DNA of 64,000 nucleotides, from contig CM060731.1 of assembly GCA_030704615.1 (NCBI GenBank), positions 12,276,001 to 12,340,000 on the forward strand. Direction: 5' to 3'. This stretch comes from Takakia lepidozioides. Its lineage: Eukaryota > Plantae > Bryophyta. The translations under genes were made by a program, and so were the position numbers. Positions 13,330 to 24,843 of the stretch are shown in pieces. The notes beneath the pieces are model-generated. The model had not been told where the DNA came from and did not search any database. It saw only the letters and a list, made by a program, of their open reading frames with translations. The first letter of the stretch is position 1. Each line of letters starts with the position of its first letter.

Positions 13330-15850
13330 TCATCTACCCATGCAGGTTTATTGTAGCTATCCTTCCACAGGGAATCATAGGTAATCTGGAGATTGAAATC
13401 CGGCCCTCTTGGATGAATCTGGACCTACACTCTATCCCTGCTCCTTCAGCTATCCTTGCCTCTGCACAAATCATGCATACATCATTGCCTTGCTGCTAGC
13501 AGCTGACAATGACAGCCTATAAGTATTCCAACAAACACCCCAACCCTACTTATCACACTAGTTCCTATGCTGACTTGCATCTACTTCCAACAGGAATTCA
13601 CCTTTTTGCCTGGATTGTTCCACCATTGACTGGGGTCGGAAACATATTCATTCCAGAGCTTCTTCTCGTCTATGTTAACTGTTTTTCGATACTTTCCTGT
13701 CTCCAAAACCTCCATCCCGCGCCCTTGCTGTGCATATCCTGCAAGCATCGTGTTCCACGACACCACATCTTGTTAAGCCATAGTGTTGAAGGCTCTCTCC
13801 GCATCCTCAATGCTCCCACATTTGGCATACATGTCCACGAGGTGTTGTTCAAAATCACACATGGTACAATTCCAGTTTTGGTGATGCAACCATGCACATC
13901 TTTGCTCTTTTCCCGGGCTGCCAGGCTTGCACACGCACTACAAACACACACTAAAATGATGTGGTCGAGCTTCACCCCTTTCCCCATCATTTGCTCATAG
14001 GTATCCAAAGCCTCCATCCTGCTGTGCATACCCTGCAAGCATCGCACTCCACGACACCACATCTCGTTTAGCCATAGTGTTGAACACTCCCTTGACATTG
14101 GCATATATGTCCAGAACTAGGGGATGTTCATAATGACATCTGGTTATAAAATTCTAGGGCTGCCAGCCTTCATACACAGGCTGATCATGCTGACCCTCCC
14201 AAGTCCCTTGTAAACGACCAAGAGGTCCATGCCCCAATGGTGACATCATCACATTTTAAGTTGGAATTGCTCCAAGAGTCATATTGAACAGTATTCTATT
14301 TTTCCCCCGCCTCCTTGCCCCCTGCCTTCCCCATCCTGCAACTGAAAGAGGCTCTACAGACTTCAACCAGCTAGGCATAATTTCAGCATATTCAGATACC
14401 TAAGTCCCCTGTCTCAAGCGTAAGAGCATCAAGTTGAAAGGCCCGCAAACTGAAAATCAGGTGCATATGCTCACATTATATTAAGTGGATTGAAGGCATT
14501 AAATGCTTTTCTACACAACACCCTTGTCAACATGTATGTTAAGTGTGGTAGCTCGTGGATGCACTTGGAGTTTCCCACCCCGAGTTTAAATTTCAGTCTA
14601 GTGACGAGGGTAGGTAGGCCATTGAGATAGTCCTTAAGATCCTTGCCCATGTCACATATTCAAAACAAGTTTAGGGAGGTTTAATGCCTAACTGTATTTC
14701 CACTGGACAGTGTGAGGGCATTAGAGGAGGAGAGAGAGAGAGACTCACCGGGGAAGGTGGTCATCATGGTACTCCAAGACACTACATATTGTTCAGCCAT
14801 GTTGTTGAACACTCCCTTTGCATCCTTGCTACACCTACATTTGGCATACATATTGTCCACCAGGGGAGTGTTCATAATGACATCTGGTACATTTGCAGCT
14901 TTGACGATGCAACCATGGACCTTTTGCCCTTTTCCAGGGCTGCCAAGCTTGCACACGCATTGCAAACACACACACACACGTTATGTGGTCGGGCTTCAGT
15001 ACCCCTTCCCTCATAATTTGCTCATAGGTCTCCAAAGCCTCCCTCCCACGCCCCTGCTATGCATACCCTGCAAACATCGCACTCCATGACACCACATCTC
15101 GTTTAGCTATAGTCCCTTTGCATCCTCAATGCACCCACATTTGACATACATGTCCACCAAGGTAGGGGCAGTGTTCAAAATGACATCTGGTAATCTGACA
15201 GGCATTCACATTTTTGCCTCGGTTGTCCCACCATTGACTGGGGTCAGAAAAGTATTCATAGCTTCTCCTCATCTCTGTTACCTCTTTTGGATACTTTCAT
15301 GTTGTCACATTGGCAGTATCATGTCAAAGTCACTCCAAACTATCCCAGGTTCACTCAACCAACTAACTTGCAGAATTCAACATGAAAATTTAGGGCCGAT
15401 TCTAATAAGAGGGAAAAACAGGGTGAAATGTGTTGAAAAAAGTGCCTTTATTAGCAGACCATTTTCTCGTTAGCAGATTTCTTGTAGCTATTGATCCACA
15501 GGGAATCAGAACTAATATTGTGTTTGAAATCCGGCCCTCTTGGATGAACCTGGACCTCTATCCCTGGTCCTTCAGCTATCCCTGTCTGTGTACAAATCAT
15601 GAATACTTGCTGCTAGCAGCTGATACTGACGACGTGAAGTTCTTCTAGCAAACCCCAACCCTAATTATTACAGTAGTTCTAATTCTAAATTGCATCTACT
15701 TCTCTCTAGTGTAGTCCAACATGCACTCACCTTTTTGTCTCCATTGTCCCGCCATTGACTAGGGTCGGAAAAGTGTTCATTCCAAAGCTTCTCCTCATCT
15801 CTGTTACCTGTTTTTGGATACTTTCATGTTGCCACATCGGCAGCAACTTG
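13330..15850 (-). pseudogene. Mosaic of PLS-type PPR fragments and OSB-type PDF-motif exons
   Basis: PPR motifs VVSWNTMLAGYAQQGRG, CSACASLAA, DMYAKC at about 13700-14150 and 14750-15190. PDF-motif exons LWNE..SDPSQW.DN..KK (about 13590-13690, 15200-15330, 15730-15850) and HPRGPDF....SLW (about 13330-13430, 15470-15560). Many frameshifts. Confidence 0.75.
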
Positions 15851-16537
15851 TCAAAGTCACTCTAAACAACCACAGATCCACCCACCGAGCTAACTTACAA
15901 AATTCAATATGCATCTCAGGGCCGAGTCTGATGAGAGGGCAAAACAAGCTGAAATAGGTCGAAGAAGAAGGTATCCTCACCACATTGTCCTTTACCTTGT
16001 GTCATGACCCATGGAGGATTTGTCCGACCATCAACCCAAAAAGACCTCTTGTGTGTGCTGCTTGTATGTGTAGTCAGGTAATGTCGGATTGGTATGTGAG
16101 ATCGAACCACCACGGTGCAACTGAGCAGGCAGAGATTGAAACACGGCCTGCTAAGACCAAGCTGACTCTCCCAAGAACGGTGAGCTCGCAAGAATGTTGG
16201 GATCTTCTCCTCGCCCGAAATCTGCTTGAAACTGTTTGAAGAAACCTTAATTCAATGCGGTTCGAAAAATGCCCAGGGGCACAGTGCAGTTTCTACAGCC
16301 CACACATATTTGAAGCAGTCAGAACAGTACCAGTCTTGCCAGCAGCGTCGCCTCGGGGACGCTTGTGAGCGTAGCCACATGTGGAGGATGTCCCGCATAC
16401 AATACGCATTGTACGCGCTGCCATGGCTGTGCTCATCCTCGAAATCCTACAGCCTGCGCTGCTGCTGGCGGTTTGAAGCAGGACCCTTCGCATGAGCGTC
16501 TCTCTCTCTCTCTCTCTCTCTCTCTGGCTGGTTGGCA

Positions 16538-19500
16538 GGGGTTCTCGTGGACCCACTGCGGATGAATTGTCAACATGGGATACCCACTGGCACACTCGCA
16601 ACGACGAATTCGAGGCAACGCTGAAGGGTGATCCAGACTTCGGCCATATGTCGGGTAAAATGTTCTTTGTGTGGGACGGGAATCACCGACTTCTTGCTTG
16701 GTGGGAGTACATCAAGCAGAACCATGCCAAGCACATTGGCTGGCATTACATGGTGGAGTGTGTCATCCTCAAGGTGAAGGCGGCAGACTCCTCCCTGCTC
16801 AAGAATGCCATGGCGGACCTCAACTCGTAAGATACTCATACCCTCCCAAGCACGTTCGAAATGCGGTGCCGCATTTTGGTTTCCAATCTGTTTTGTTTCC
16901 GTGCTTCCGTGGACTGAACTGGAGAGTGTGCCTTGCAGGGTCAATGGAAATGCGTACGTGCATACCCACATGGCACATATGTTGTACAGGGTGAGGAAAA
17001 CTGGTCTCACTGATCCGCACATGTTTGCGGAAATGCTGGAACCCGAGCTCATTCAGAAAGCCGTGGCAAAAACTGACCGGACATGGTATCGTCTCACTAT
17101 GGATGGAATGGTGGAGGTGATATACGAAGTAAGTTGTCCTCCCATTTCCCTCTGCTCATCCTTCCCCAATTTTCAGTAATCTTTCCACATGAATCGAATG
17201 TAACGCTTCTGCATGTTTTTGTTGGCAGTCAAACATCAAGCTGGATTTGGCCCATGCCAAACGCTTCTTCATGGAAAGTGAGGGGCAGGTCAAAACGTTG
17301 CAGTCATTGACTGAGCACTTGAAGGAAGCCGGGGTCAAGTCTAGAACGAAATACAAGTCAAAGCTTGTGAAGCTGGTGGCCATTGCAGATCCGGCACTTG
17401 GAAATGACTTCATCCCCGAGATTGCAAAACACTATTCTCGGGCCATGCAGCCGACCATGCAGTTGGAGAAACTGCATCACCTCTAAATGGCATGTGTTGA
17501 GGCAAAAGAGAAGGTGAGGTTTCAATGCACTGAAGTTCCTTCCTAGCAATAGCCACTCTTCTTCCTGCTCCTGACATTGGATTGGAAATGGCAGACACGG
17601 TGGCTGTCGATCTGGAATGCATCGGAGAGTATAAGGACAATGTGGTCTTTTCCACTCGAAGTTTCCGGCCCTGCAGTGGATGTGTGGCTCAACCGCATGA
17701 CTTGGTGGTTCCAGGTAATTCAAGGTACTTCCCCAGATTTGCTTTTCTGAAATGAATTCCCTGAACTGCTACGTGACAATGCATGTGGGAATCGCAGGTA
17801 ATGACGAATGCGAAGGAGCAAGTCGTAATGCATACAAATTCGTTCGGCTTGTACGTCAAATGGGATGGAACACAGACATTGGAAGACTACGTGACACGTT
17901 TCAGATGTGCGTACAATGACAACCTCTTCGCCAGGGAGCTGCAGACAGCAAGAAGGAGCGTGAAGTTTACACATCAGGAGGGAGCGGGAAAAGCTGCAAT
18001 GCGAATTGTTTACAGGTGAAGCCCAGCTGTCCTTGTATGCGAAGCCTGGTTATGGGGTTTGTCTAGGAAATGCGGCACCGCATTCGCATTTTATATTTTT
18101 GGTAGCACTCTGCGAGTACGTTGGTCTCAACTTTTGCTCACGCATGCTGACTGCCCTGCAGGTATATGAAATACGTGCTTCTTCAGACAGGGGCCCTGGC
18201 TCAAGAGCCCCCATTCTTCATGGCTTGGACCGTGGCGGGTCCAAACTGTGTTTACTCACCCGAGATGCAGAAACAATGGCATGCCGCGCATCTCGTTGGA
18301 TGCCCGTGGTACCTGGACATGTCTGGCGGAATTTGACGAGTATGAGAAAGATCTGCACGCGAAAGCAAAAGAGAAGAGAAAGGAAAGACGTGTCCCTGCT
18401 CGGCCAGAGTCGGCAAAGGAAGCTGCTGCTCTGGAACAATCCAGAAAGGCAGCTGAGATGGCACAGAAGACGGTGGATGCAGCTGTGCAGGCTCAATAGA
18501 AGAGGTCGAAGAAGCAGACTCGCCAGCAAGGAGCAGCAGTTGTGACACCCAAGAAAACGAAGAAGCAGAAACAAATAGTGCAAGAAGAGGGTGACGAAGA
18601 GGACTCCGATGGAGATTTTGCAACCAGCCCACCCCCCGAAACGCAGCCGAAATCCCTTGTGCTCACCGTTGTCACGAGAGGGACGAGAACTGGCTCGGCA
18701 AAGAAGGCACTCTTCAACCCCCCGGGGGGGCACCCTTTCGAGCCGGTGGAAATGAAGAGGCCGAAAGTGGATCCCGATATAGTAGTCCAGTGTGTAAATG
18801 AGAGTTTCTTGGCGGCTTTGGATGGACGGGCAGCCAAGTTGGCATACATGAAGGCCATGGAGGGTCTGAAGGGCAGAGCACTGAAGAAGGCAGCTGCCGA
18901 AGAGCCTTCCGACACCCCTGGGTTTCTGAAGATGGTCTCGTTCTTTGAGAGGGTGTGTGCAGACAAGGATTGCAGGAGGGGCGGAAATGCCACCGAGTGG
19001 TCTTGCGATATGATCATCTTGGATATTCCGGACGGAGAGCCTGTGGAAGGACTGCAAGCTTTGCCATCTTGGAACAAGTACTCCGAGGACTTTTGGAAGA
19101 AAGGATTCGGGCTCGCCCGCATGGTGTTGGACGATAGAGGCTGTGTGGTTGTCCTGGTGAGCAGAGGCAAAAACACGCAGATAGGAATTGCAAAGTGGAC
19201 CCGCAAGAGCACCGTCCCAATTCTGAAGAAGAAGTGGACGTGCATCAACACATTGGGCCTTTGGTCGGAAGGGAAGAAGGTAATTACGACATTGGCACTC
19301 GTCCTTTCATTTTCTTAGGAGTTTTGAAATGTGGTGCCGCATTCGATTTCTAATCGTTCCCCACTGTGTATGCAGACGAAGCAGTTCGATGCATACTACT
19401 TTGTGAAGGAGAACTCCACCTTTGCTTTCCGGAAGGAGGGAATGTTGGTTGACCCGAACTGCGACCCCATCGATTACGACGTCCTGTTCAACAACGTTCC

Positions 19501-19640
19501 CACGGAACTTCTCCCTCATAGCCTCACTTCAACTGAATCCCTGCGGTATTCACGGACTCAGAGCCCTGCCTTCATTCAGACAATTATGGAGACATGCACT
19601 AACGTGGAGGGCACAATGCTCGACCTCATCTGTGGGACAG
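16538..19640 (+). pseudogene. Spliced ParB/Srx-like + beta-class N6A/N4C DNA methyltransferase-like gene, 3' part
   Basis: KMFFVWDGNHRLLAW (DGxHR ParB/Srx motif, 16669-16689). DMIILDIPDG (motif IV-like, 19007-19036), ARMVLDDRGCVVV, and SPAFIQTIMETCTNVEGTMLDLICGTG (motif X-I, to 19640). GT-AG introns at 16827-16938, 17129-17228, 17715-17797, 18016-18161 and 19280-19375 join in frame. Some stops and frameshifts. Confidence 0.75.
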
Positions 19641-19732
19641 GTTTGCAGAATCTTGTTCTATGTTGTTCTGCAAATTCTCGTTATGCTTTAATTCGCAACA
19701 TCTTAAGGGCCATGTCATAATGTGTGGATGGC

Positions 19733-20869
19733 CTTTTATGATGTCGTGTGCTTCCTACACAGCCTCACGCATGTTGCCTCTCGCCAAGGGGTGGCAGTGG
19801 ACCCCAACGTGTATGCAAGCTCTAGTCAAGTCCGGGAGCAAATGGATTACGTAATATTGCTTGGCTCTGCACAGGGACATGCACGTCGGTGGTTCTTTGC
19901 AATGTGCGCACTTGAAAGTACCCACAGGAGCTTGGCTGAAGACAATGAATTGATGATGGGTTGTGCCAGTCCAATCCGTCTCGTTTCTCCGCCCTCCTTT
20001 GGAGAGAAAGTGGAAGCAGGCGGGATTGAGGCACCTCAGCCTCCCCGCACAGAGGACGTATCGTACACGAAAACCATCAGCAATTTTTGTGCTATGGTCT
20101 TCGTCACACACCAGGGGTGTCCGTCATGCTTTCGATCCATGTCTGTTAACATCCTTGAAGCTTTGTTTGACGAAGTAACAGGTGGAAACTCGAAGATGAC
20201 ATTGCCATCGACTTCGGGAGGCAGATACGTTACCTTCCTAACTGGAAATTTGGCATAGTCGAGAGCAGCCAGCTCGGAGCGAGAACCATCGAGGTGATGT
20301 TGCCGTAGGAGCAACACAATGGACCGGGTTGGAGTTATGCTCGAGGGTACATGCGTAGCACCTGCAGAGACGTCCATGTCGGATTTGAACGACCGTGTAG
20401 AGGACATGGGGACCTCAATGCACTCATCTTCCTCGTCGGAAATGTCGAATACTTCCACACGAGAAGCTATAAAGGGTCTTGACGGTCCAGGTCGGGAATG
20501 ATTATCGTTGCATACCTCTCTGTTGGCAGTGGCCGCCAGTCGGTTTCCCGACTCCTTTGTGTATGGTGTGGGCAGCGACTGATTCGGAAAGGGAATGGGC
20601 ATTCCCACAGCTCGGTACAGGATGGTGTCTGATGAGGGTACGTGCCATTCGATTCCGCAACCTCCGTCGTTACCTAGCACGACAATGGTCTCGTCAACCT
20701 GTCCAGGAACATCCTTTCTTTCTTCTTCCAAATAAATTGTGCCCGGTTTGAGCTTGAATTTGGAACAAAGGTAAGTTTCAGTCACTCTGCAAAGTCCTCC
20801 CTTGTTTGGGATCCAGGCTCTCCCAAGTTGCGGAGGACAGCAAACTATAGCGTAGGAATTCGGAGCCAT
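19733..20869 (-). pseudogene. Second GCM-type Mutator-like transposase, N-terminal part only
   Basis: DMDRKHDGHPWCVT...RLRCLNPAC...CAHC...RACIHVGVHCHPLARGNMREAV is colinear with the 11365-12363 protein. It is truncated before the DDE domain. Confidence 0.85.
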
Positions 20870-21263
20870 CGAAGACCGCACGAAGTTGGCAAGTGCGAGG
20901 TTCAGTTTAGCGACAGACCAAGGCTCACAGGCACCATGTAAGTGGATCTGCGGAGTCCATTGACAATTGGAAGTCGCACATTGAAGTGGAAAGTATTGTT
21001 TCAAGCTATATGCATGAAGGTGGGAGGTGTGATTCCATATCCAGTAAGTATTACAATGATGGCCGATTCGACGACGAAATAACATCTCCTGACAGTTTCT
21101 CCTAAGGGTGGATCCAGCAGTATTCTCGGTGCAGACATGAACGTTCGCACTGACAAGTGTCAGGACTGTTAGTTAAAATGGTCAGACAACCAAGTTGTGC
21201 TCATCAAGAGAGGCCGCAATTGTGTTGTTTCGGAACAATGCAACCCATTGAGGTTCCGCATGC

Positions 21264-22727
21264 GGAAATGAGGTTCCGCATTTCCGTCCGGAGTGATACT
21301 TTCGATTGTTGTTGGACGGAAATACGGCGCCGCATTTCCGTTTTGCATCTTAGTCATGCACTAGTGCGACGGAAATGCGGCACCGAGTTTCCGTCCTGGG
21401 GAAACCTTTATACTCTCCAGAACGGAAATGCGGTGCCGCATTTCCATCCAACAAGTACGGTATGTGAAGGTGGAACGGAAATGCGGTACCGCATTTCCGT
21501 TCTGATTGAGAATCATGAACCACGGGAACTGAAATGCGGCACCGCATTTCCGTCCGAGTCGCACCTTCCGACATACCAGAACGGAAATGCGGCGCCGCAT
21601 TTCCGTTTTGTATTTGAGGCATGGAGCTGAGGGATAGAAATGTTGCACCGCATTTCCGTCCATTTGAGACCTTCATACTCTCCAAAACGGAAATGCGGTA
21701 CCGCATTTCCGTTTTGACTGAAAATCGTGAACCATCGGAACTGAAATGCAGCACCGCATTTCCGTCCGAGTCGCACCTTCCGACATTCCAGAACGGAAAT
21801 GCGGCGCTGCATTTCCGTTTTGTATCTGAGGCATGGAGTTGAGGGACGAAAATGTTGCACCGCATTTCCGTCCGCTTGACACCTTCATACTCTCCAGAAC
21901 AGAAATGCGGCACCGCATTTCCGTCCGAGTCGCACCTTTCGACATTCCAGAACGGAAATGCGGCGCCGCATTTCCGTTTTGTATCTGAGGCATGGAGCTG
22001 AGGGACGGAAATGCTGCACCATATTTTCGTCCAGGTGAGACCTTCATACTTTCCCGAACGGAAATGCGGCACGACATTTCCGTTCATCAACTAAGGTATG
22101 TGAAGGTGGAACGGAAATGCGGTACCACATTTCCGTTCAGATTGAAAATCATGAACCACGGGAACTGAAATGCGGTGCCGCATTTCCGTCCGAGTCGCAC
22201 CTTCCGACATTCCAGAACGGAAATGTGGCGCCGCATTTCCGTTTTGTATATGAGGCATGGAGCTGTGGGACGAAAATGCGGCACCGTATTTCCGTCCAGG
22301 TGAGACCTTCATACTTTCCCGAACGGAAATGCGGCACGACATTTCCGTTCATCAACTAAGGTATGTGAAGGTGGAACGGAAATGCGGTACCGCATTTCCG
22401 TTCAGATTGAAAATCATGAACCACGGGAACTGAAATGCGGTGCCGCATTTCCGTCCGAATCGCACCTTTCAACATTCCTGAACGGAAATGCGGCGCCGCA
22501 TTTCCCTTTTGTATCTCAGGCATGGAGCTGTGGGATGAAAATGCGGTGCCGCATTTCCATCCGTGTAAGACCTTCATACTCCAGACCGGAAATGCAGCAC
22601 CGTATTTCCGTTCAACAACTAAGGTTTGTGAAGGTGGAATGGAAATGCGGTGCCGCATTTTCTTCCAACAAGTACGGTATGTGTAGCTTCGGGATGGTAC
22701 TTAATGGAAATGCGGCGCCGCATTTGC
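21264..22727. repeat. Array of 28 copies of the 22-bp palindrome GGAAATGCGGYRCCGCATTTCC with 31-bp spacers (53-bp period; 5-unit higher-order repeat)
   Basis: Copies start at 21264, then every 53 bp from 21318 to 22537, then at 22588, 22641 and 22706. Five spacer types recur. Confidence 0.95.
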
Positions 22728-23153
22728 ATTTTCACTCCAACTCATCAGACGCTGGGACGGAAATGCCATGAAATGTGAACACGTGGAGCAACGGAATTGC
22801 GGCACATGTCTGCACTCTATCTTACTGAAGTGGCACGAGGCGGCGCGGCCTGACCGTTGGATAATGATGTTTGTTTTTCGGACGGCAGGCGTACCCTTAA
22901 CGATTCAAATTTTGTAATGACGCAAAGTCCACGAGGAGACACTTTCGTCCAAGCCTTTCGAACCCAAGTGGTGCATCACCGCCGTTTCATCTTCTTTTGT
23001 CGTGTCTACTCAGTCACCCCTCTCGTGCCCTTTCCATCTGCACTCTTCGCCCCTTTTCCCTGTCTCTGTTCTTCTTATGTGAGGGAGGGAGTGCGTGCAC
23101 CAGAGTAGAGACATCGTCGCAAGCTCCGAAAATTGTACTTCGGACGTAGGCCA

Positions 23154-24248
23154 ATGCCGAAGGGGAGGAAGCAGATGCGTCTACAGGAGGAGATTGCCAT
23201 CTCGCAGCATCAGGCCACGCAGGCAACCCAGCCACCAGTGAGAGCTCCGTGCTATCGAGATTTGCCAGCTGATCGAGCAGCAAAACCCCCCTCATTTTTC
23301 TTCTGCAATTCTTAGACTGTATGCTAGGAGACTTGAATGCAGAAGATGTTTGCATGCTTAACCGGAAAGGTGGACGTGCTGGAGGGATCGCATGAATCCG
23401 ATGATCCGCAGGCAGAGTCCGTGGAGCTAGCTGCAGCATGCACACCCAGCCGATCCACGAGCACGGGTCTTCCTGCCGGGCCTAGCCCTGTGCGTTTCAA
23501 GGACGCGGCTTCGAAGGGCAAGTCTTTGCAGTTCAAAGCCCCAGAGAGCGACTCGCGTTCGAAGGTCATGGAGAATCGCCAGCAGGGGTCTAGCCCTTCT
23601 CCAGCAAAGACGAAGAAGAAGCAGCCCGTCCTTCAACTTGTTTCTGAACCGGACCAGGCCGTTTCCCCCCCACCCAGGCGAATGAAGCAGATTCAATTGC
23701 AGCAGACACCTTCACTTGCAAGAATGAGGAAGCACAAGGCAATTAGGGGGAGGGCAGAGCAGTCTCCCGCAAAACCGATTCCACGAGCTGAAGCCCAGTT
23801 CCTGCTTGATTTCCAGCCTGGTGATTTTGGGGGCGTCTCTGCTGCAGCAAAGGCAATGGGATTGACCGATTTCGTCGATCTGGTACCGGAGGAGGGTGCT
23901 GCCGCTCAACGTTCGCAGCAAGACCTGACCACTGTTGAGGAAGATCTTCAGAATACTGCAAGCCCGGAGGAGGCCTCTGCAATTGCAGAATTGCCCGCAA
24001 AGATTCCCCAGAGTGCAGCTCCAGTTGGGGATGCTCCAGCTGTTCAGCCCCTATTGCCACCAGCAGAAATGTCTCCGGAGGAATTCCAAAGTGCAGCGGA
24101 TACAATGTTGGAGGAGACACACAGTAGCATTGGCAGAGTTCTGGGCAGCAGGGTATTCCAGCGGACTCTTCGAATCCCACTCTGTTGCATGGTCTCCCTT
24201 CCCATCGTCAGGCAGGCACTTCCCGAAGATGTGGATAAGCTCAAGAGG
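23154..24248 (+). pseudogene. 5' part of the ParB-MTase-like gene (low-complexity N-terminus + start of ParB domain)
   Basis: Exon MPKGRKQ...QPP (23154-23237) and phase-0 intron 23238-23327. The ORF ends RIPLCCMVSLPIVRQALPEDVDKLK, which resembles the N-terminal strand/helix of ParB/Srx. It is cut at about 24250 by a retroelement fragment. Confidence 0.6.
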
Positions 24249-24249
24249 C

Positions 24250-24843
24250 GCGACACTGTCTATCACAGCTTACCACGGCGCAACACAACCTATCACAGCC
24301 CAGCACGGCGCAACACAGCCTATTAAAATCCCTCCAATTTCTTGATCCTGCTTCTGGCTTATGATTGGCTGTAACCGTTGTGACTGGATTTTAGATTTAA
24401 TTTTCTTTAGTGGACTTTCCCTGCTGGACTGTCCACTAGGATAACACATGTGACAAGAATTTCGCTTTTCTGTACTTGCCGTTTGTTCCGTTGCCCTTTT
24501 TTCGTATTCATTAATGGGCCCGCCATTCATCCGAATTGACGTGTTAAGTAGGTACTTTGATGGCCACTCTTGTCCTCTTTCTTGATGACACCTGTTCTTG
24601 CACTTCCTTCTCAGCTGTGTGTCGCGCCCTGACTTCCACGTGTCCATTTCTAAACTGGCTTCCGTCCTTTCTTCCGCCGGCCATTTCCCTGAAGTTATCC
24701 TGCGTCCACCTGTCACTGATTCTATGGATTGTGTAACCCTAGTAGGCTGTGTTGAGCTGGGACAGGCTGTGTCATACTGTGGTACGCTGTGATAGGCTGT
24801 GACACGCTGTGGTAGGTTGTGATAGGCTGTGTTGCGCCGTGCT
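24250..24843. mobile_element. Fragment of the same Tat/Athila-like family as 5100-5560, internally inverted
   Basis: Minus-strand translation VTGGRRITSGKWP...PSKYL...CHMCYPSG parallels VTGGRGLTSEKWP...PSKYL...CHM at 5230-5560. It shares the 10-bp CACAGCC-type repeat. Confidence 0.8.

Noticed and set aside
15916-16530. Gene-like segment before the (CT)n tract
   Set aside because: Stops in the candidate frames and no recognisable motif; it cannot be assigned.
16538-19640. Bacterial or phage contamination as the source of the ParB-MTase sequence
   Set aside because: The gene has multiple in-frame GT-AG introns and is embedded within plant transposons.
21264-22727. True CRISPR array
   Set aside because: The spacers recur in a 5-unit higher-order pattern, no cas genes are present, and the context is eukaryotic with introns.
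21157-22771. Many overlapping ORFs with GNAAPHF / KCGAAF / EMRCRIS repeats (also 28565-29703)
   Set aside because: They are translations of the palindrome in all six frames; a 53-bp period is not a multiple of 3.
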